A stretch of 64,000 nt of DNA from a bacterium (GTDB taxonomy: Bacteria; Elusimicrobiota; Elusimicrobia; UBA1565; UBA9628). The position numbers were made by a program, and so were the translations under genes. The DNA lies in contig JAJZJF010000001.1 of assembly GCA_021810245.1 (NCBI GenBank), positions 5,582 through 69,581 on the forward strand. Direction: 5' to 3'. Below, one piece after another: positions 60,280-64,000 of the stretch (its first letter is position 1; every line of letters starts with the position of its first letter). The notes beneath the pieces were generated by a model, which saw only the letters and a program-made list of their open reading frames with translations, ran no database searches and had not been told where the DNA came from.

Positions 60280-61239
60280 TTAAAACGGAGTCGAATGATA
60301 TCCCATTTTTTTGAGAATCCACCCGTAGAAAAACGTCATGTAAAGCATTCCGCGTTTCCCGATAAAAGAAGAATCAACCCCATATGGAGCTTGATAGGCC
60401 AAGCCGATTTGATACCAGTCCGTCTGATAATTAATCTCGTAGCTGGTATATCCGGCAGTGGCGCCTTGATGGCCATTAGAACTTTCATTAACCAAGGTCC
60501 GGGCCTCGACCGCGGGAACTATTTGATCTAAAAACTTGGGAACGTTCCAGCCCACCACGTCGTGAAGATAAAGGAAGCTGTATTCAAGAGCCCCGTCAAA
60601 GCGGAATGAATCCTGAAAATCATAGAGCCCGACATATGGAGACAAGGGCTCGGGACCATTTCCAAAAGGAGTGATTCCGGCAATGTCACTCTGAATGGCA
60701 AAAGGGCGGATCCAGGAAACCGGAATATCTCCCATCCCCTTGTTAAAAAGCAGGTATCCGTAAAGCGTCAGCGGATTTCCCTGCCCGGCTTGGGAGGCTC
60801 CCATCGGGGTGGTCGCCCGCACAATGGCCGTCGCCATGATCTCATGCGGGGCATTTTCATAAAACATATATTTGCCCTGAACTCCAAAATACTGAAAGCC
60901 CGAATGCGCGCCGCCGGGGGTTTCGACATCCTCATAATGAGATTCAAAGCGGATGCTCATTGAGTGCGTCAAACGCTTTTCAAGGGTGATCGGAGTTTGA
61001 AAAATATTGGCTCCGCCATAGGCCGGGCTCAAAGAGGGAGATAAGGTCAGTTGATTGTCCACATCCGCGTCTTTAACCACCAAGGGTTCGATAAAAATTC
61101 GGTTTCCCGCGCGCGCTAAATCGCTGTTGTAAACTCCTGTCGCTGTGTGGGAACTAGGGTGAACCGCCAAAAAAGCAGCGGCCCTTGCCGTTTGAACAAC
61201 CCACAAACCCAAGATAAGGGCCAAAAAAATCTTCCTCAT
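60280..61239 (-). CDS. Hypothetical exported / outer membrane protein
   Basis: Signal peptide, aromatic beta-rich sequence. Confidence 0.55.
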   Translation of the reverse strand: MRKIFLALILGLWVVQTARAAAFLAVHPSSHTATGVYNSDLARAGNRIFIEPLVVKDADVDNQLTLSPSLSPAYGGANIFQTPITLEKRLTHSMSIRFESHYEDVETPGGAHSGFQYFGVQGKYMFYENAPHEIMATAIVRATTPMGASQAGQGNPLTLYGYLLFNKGMGDIPVSWIRPFAIQSDIAGITPFGNGPEPLSPYVGLYDFQDSFRFDGALEYSFLYLHDVVGWNVPKFLDQIVPAVEARTLVNESSNGHQGATAGYTSYEINYQTDWYQIGLAYQAPYGVDSSFIGKRGMLYMTFFYGWILKKMGYHSTPF

Positions 61240-62240
61240 AAAAACCTCGCGATTTCATCGCGAGAAAAACGCGGAAACTCTTTTTGTCTTTTCCCATTTT
61301 TTAATAGAACTCCTTTTCCGCGGAAAGCCCTTCCGATAACAACCGCCGGAATTTTAAGACGCGAAAGCTTGGCCACAATTTTACCGGATGATTGCGAAGG
61401 TAAAGCGATCAAAAGAGCGCCTGAAGACAAAGCCCCCAAGACATTGAGTCCATAGAAATCCAATAAGCGCCGGACGCATTCTAAAACAGGAATTTTTTCC
61501 TCTTCAATTTCAATGCGCACTTGAGAGGCCTCGGCCATTTCATAAAGCCCGGAAGATAAGCCGCCTTCGGTGGGGTCATGCATGGCATGCACATTTCCGA
61601 CCTGATAAGCGGCCAAGGCCTCTTTGACTACTCCTATATTTTCGATTAGTTTCTCGCACTGGCGGGTAAAAGCCGCCCCAAATTTGGCCCGAACCCGCAA
61701 TTTTTTTTCTCGGGCGATGACGGAAGCCGCCTCTAACGCCGCGCTCTTCGTTAAAATAATGTCGTCTCCCGGGCAAACTCCCGAAGTCGACAGAGCTTTT
61801 TTCCCAAAAACCTCTCCCAACATGATTCCGGTCAAAACTGGACGCGTGACAGAGGAGGTAATTTCGGTATGGCCGCCGATAGAAGAAACCCCAAAGAGGC
61901 GGCAAGAGCGCTCAACCTCGGAAAAGATTTTTTCAATCATTGATGGAGAAGATTGCTTTTCAGGAAAAAGAGCTGAGCAGAGAAACCAGCGCGGCCTGGC
62001 CCCGCGAGTCGCGATATCATTGGCATTGACGGCCACCGCATAAAAGCCGGCTTCTTTGGACAAGAAAGTGACCGGGTCAACGGCTACCGCTATCATCTTC
62101 CTCCCAATTTTCAAAACAGCCGCGTCTTCGCCCAGCGCTGGCCCAATCAAAACTTGGGGATCGGAAACGCGGAATTTTTTAAGCATCCGTGATAAAAACA
62201 CAGGCGGAAGTTTTCCAGCGGGGAAATTAATTTGGCCCAT
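61236..62240 (-). CDS. AIR synthase (PurM/HypE/ThiL-like) family protein
   Basis: GKLP, GEDAAV, DPVT, NANDIAT.GA.P, GGHTE, MHDPTEGG. Confidence 0.82.
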   Translation of the reverse strand: MGQINFPAGKLPPVFLSRMLKKFRVSDPQVLIGPALGEDAAVLKIGRKMIAVAVDPVTFLSKEAGFYAVAVNANDIATRGARPRWFLCSALFPEKQSSPSMIEKIFSEVERSCRLFGVSSIGGHTEITSSVTRPVLTGIMLGEVFGKKALSTSGVCPGDDIILTKSAALEAASVIAREKKLRVRAKFGAAFTRQCEKLIENIGVVKEALAAYQVGNVHAMHDPTEGGLSSGLYEMAEASQVRIEIEEEKIPVLECVRRLLDFYGLNVLGALSSGALLIALPSQSSGKIVAKLSRLKIPAVVIGRAFRGKGVLLKNGKRQKEFPRFSRDEIARFL

Positions 62241-63615
62241 ATGACATCCGTTTTTTAAAAATTGAATAAAGGTAAAACGAGCAGGCCACCATGAGCCCTG
62301 GATAAATAGGCGCCCAGCCTAGAGGCTGTTTAAGCAAGGTCCAAATAGCGGAAACCCCGCTTCCGCCAATCATAATCTTGCTTACGTCTTCCGAAAGGGG
62401 TTTTAAAGAGGGGAAATATCCCAAACAGAGCGGAAATAAAAGCCCGGCGACCGCAATGGAGCTAAGCGTATACCAGATATCGACAACCGAAGGCAAAACA
62501 ACGGCAACCGCCGTCCCTAAAATTAAGCCCAAAATTAGTCCTAATTGAACGTGGCGGGTCTCAGACAAGCCGGGGAGCTTAAAAAATTTCCAGACAATAT
62601 CTTTCCCGAGAGTCGAGGCGAACAAAAAGGCCAGAGAACTAAAAGCCGCGAAAATCGCGCCCAACATCCCCACATAGAAAAACCCTTTCCATAGCGGCGG
62701 AAGAATTCTGTCGGCTAAAGCCGGATAGGATAAAACCGGGTCCTTTAAGTTCGGCAAAATGGCGCGGGCATAGAGTCCGGCGACCGTAGTAATAAAATCA
62801 AATAGGATCCAGAATAAAACGCTGACGACAATTCCGCGACGCGCCACTTCCGGGCTTTTGGCCGCCAGGCATTTTTGATAAAACGTCGGCTCAACCAATG
62901 TCCACAAACCCAAAAACCACCAAGAGCCGATATAACCCAGGCTTTTGCCTCCGCTCCACTCTAAATGCGTTTTGGGGAGATGCGCGCGAAGAAAGGAAAG
63001 CCCGCCCCAAGCGTGATAGGCGGCTAAGGGCAAAACAATCAAGCCGCTGTACATTAAAATAAAATGCAAGACATCCGCCCGAACATCCGAGCGAAATCCA
63101 CCGACGAAAAGAAAGGCGGTCGCCGAAATCATCGCGATCGAAAAAGAAGCCCACAGAGAAATTCCGGCCAGCGATTTAACGAGGACCCATATCATGAGAA
63201 TATAGGGAGCCGGGGAAACAAGCAAAAGTAAAAGGGCCGCCCCAATGCCGGAGGCCCCAGGGCCGTAAAATTTTTCTAAAAGATCCGGCAAGGTCAAGGC
63301 GCCGGAACTGGCAATTTTGGGAGCCAGAAAATAAGCGTAGATAAGGGCGAAAATGTAATAGGGAAAACCCAAGACCACCCAGTTGAGAAGGCCATACCGG
63401 TAAGAAAACTCTCCCACTCCCAAAACTCCGCCATACCAACTGGAAACCAAGGCCGCGACAAAAACGGGAAGGCTAAGGCCGCGGCCCGCCAACAGGTAAT
63501 CCGCCATCTCCGAGGTATTTTGATTTTTCCTATAAAACCAGAAGCCGACCGCCAAATTAGCCGCGAAATAAAGAAGAATGACCGCGTAATCAACAACGCT
63601 AAGAGAAAATCTCAT
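62227..63615 (-). CDS. Sodium:solute symporter (SSS) family transporter
   Basis: DY.LAGR.L, many TM helices, GG.RSDV..D, YQKCLAAKS. Confidence 0.88.
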   Translation of the reverse strand: MRFSLSVVDYAVILLYFAANLAVGFWFYRKNQNTSEMADYLLAGRGLSLPVFVAALVSSWYGGVLGVGEFSYRYGLLNWVVLGFPYYIFALIYAYFLAPKIASSGALTLPDLLEKFYGPGASGIGAALLLLLVSPAPYILMIWVLVKSLAGISLWASFSIAMISATAFLFVGGFRSDVRADVLHFILMYSGLIVLPLAAYHAWGGLSFLRAHLPKTHLEWSGGKSLGYIGSWWFLGLWTLVEPTFYQKCLAAKSPEVARRGIVVSVLFWILFDFITTVAGLYARAILPNLKDPVLSYPALADRILPPLWKGFFYVGMLGAIFAAFSSLAFLFASTLGKDIVWKFFKLPGLSETRHVQLGLILGLILGTAVAVVLPSVVDIWYTLSSIAVAGLLFPLCLGYFPSLKPLSEDVSKIMIGGSGVSAIWTLLKQPLGWAPIYPGLMVACSFYLYSIFKKRMSYGPN

Positions 63616-63638
63616 ATTGATTTTCTTATAATACTATT

Positions 63639-64000
63639 ATGAAAGAAACATTCCTAACGCGAGCCGGCTATGAGAAACTCGTCACCGATCTTGAGCCGCT
63701 CAAAAAAATGAAGAATCAATTGTCTCAAGACATCGCCGAAGCTCGGGAAAAAGGCGATCTAAAAGAAAATGCGGAATATCACAGCGCCAAGGAAAAACTG
63801 GGCGAGGTGATGGGCCGAATCGCGAAAATACAAGATAAGCTCGAAAGCGCGAAAATCATCGATGATCTCGACGTTCCCAAGGGCGTCGTTTCCATCGGCA
63901 GCCGCGTCACGATACAAAACGAATCGGGAGATGAATCGGTCTATATGTTGGTCGGCGAAGACGAGTCCGATCCTACTGAAGGAAAGATTTCCGTCTACGC
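63639..64000 (+). CDS. greA: Transcription elongation factor GreA (partial, runs off the window)
   Basis: My translation: MKETFLTRAGYEKL...IAEAREKGDLKENAEYHSAKE...GKIS; absent from the ORF track because there is no stop in the window. Confidence 0.93.
   Translation, partial: MKETFLTRAGYEKLVTDLEPLKKMKNQLSQDIAEAREKGDLKENAEYHSAKEKLGEVMGRIAKIQDKLESAKIIDDLDVPKGVVSIGSRVTIQNESGDESVYMLVGEDESDPTEGKISVY

Noticed and set aside
63616..63638. Riboswitch upstream of the SSS transporter
   Set aside because: Only 23 nt separate it from the divergent greA gene.

Overview
Bacterial chromosomal window in three parts; the gene set tentatively suggests Elusimicrobiota, which is not verified. (1) ~393-11097 is a defence island bounded by a perfect 82-bp direct repeat. 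It holds a type I R-M operon (hsdM-hsdS-hsdR) interleaved with a KilA-N gene, a UG/Abi (DRT)-like reverse transcriptase whose start overlaps the hsdS stop, and a Bro-N gene. It also has internal direct repeats that look like cassette-insertion scars, a REP-like inverted pair and an IS remnant. (2) ~12157-21880 is a tightly packed nine-gene minus-strand operon led by a fluoride riboswitch with its own promoter and terminator. It contains no Fluc/CrcB or CLC-F exporter. It instead encodes a YtcA-HlyD-FUSC-TolC (MdtNOP/AaeXAB-like) pump, DUF190, a histidine phosphatase, enolase, a TPR protein and a dynamin-like GTPase. This is the best candidate for an undescribed system. (3) ~22-64 kb is mostly housekeeping: envelope genes, pcrA/uvrD, gatCA then gatB with a type II R-M pair between them, a pilin, gcvTHP, rplU-rpmA-obgE, hpnCDE, dcd, Tad-like genes, an FtsH paralog, cell-wall hydrolases and a partial greA. 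All product calls come from motif recognition by eye; no database searches were run.
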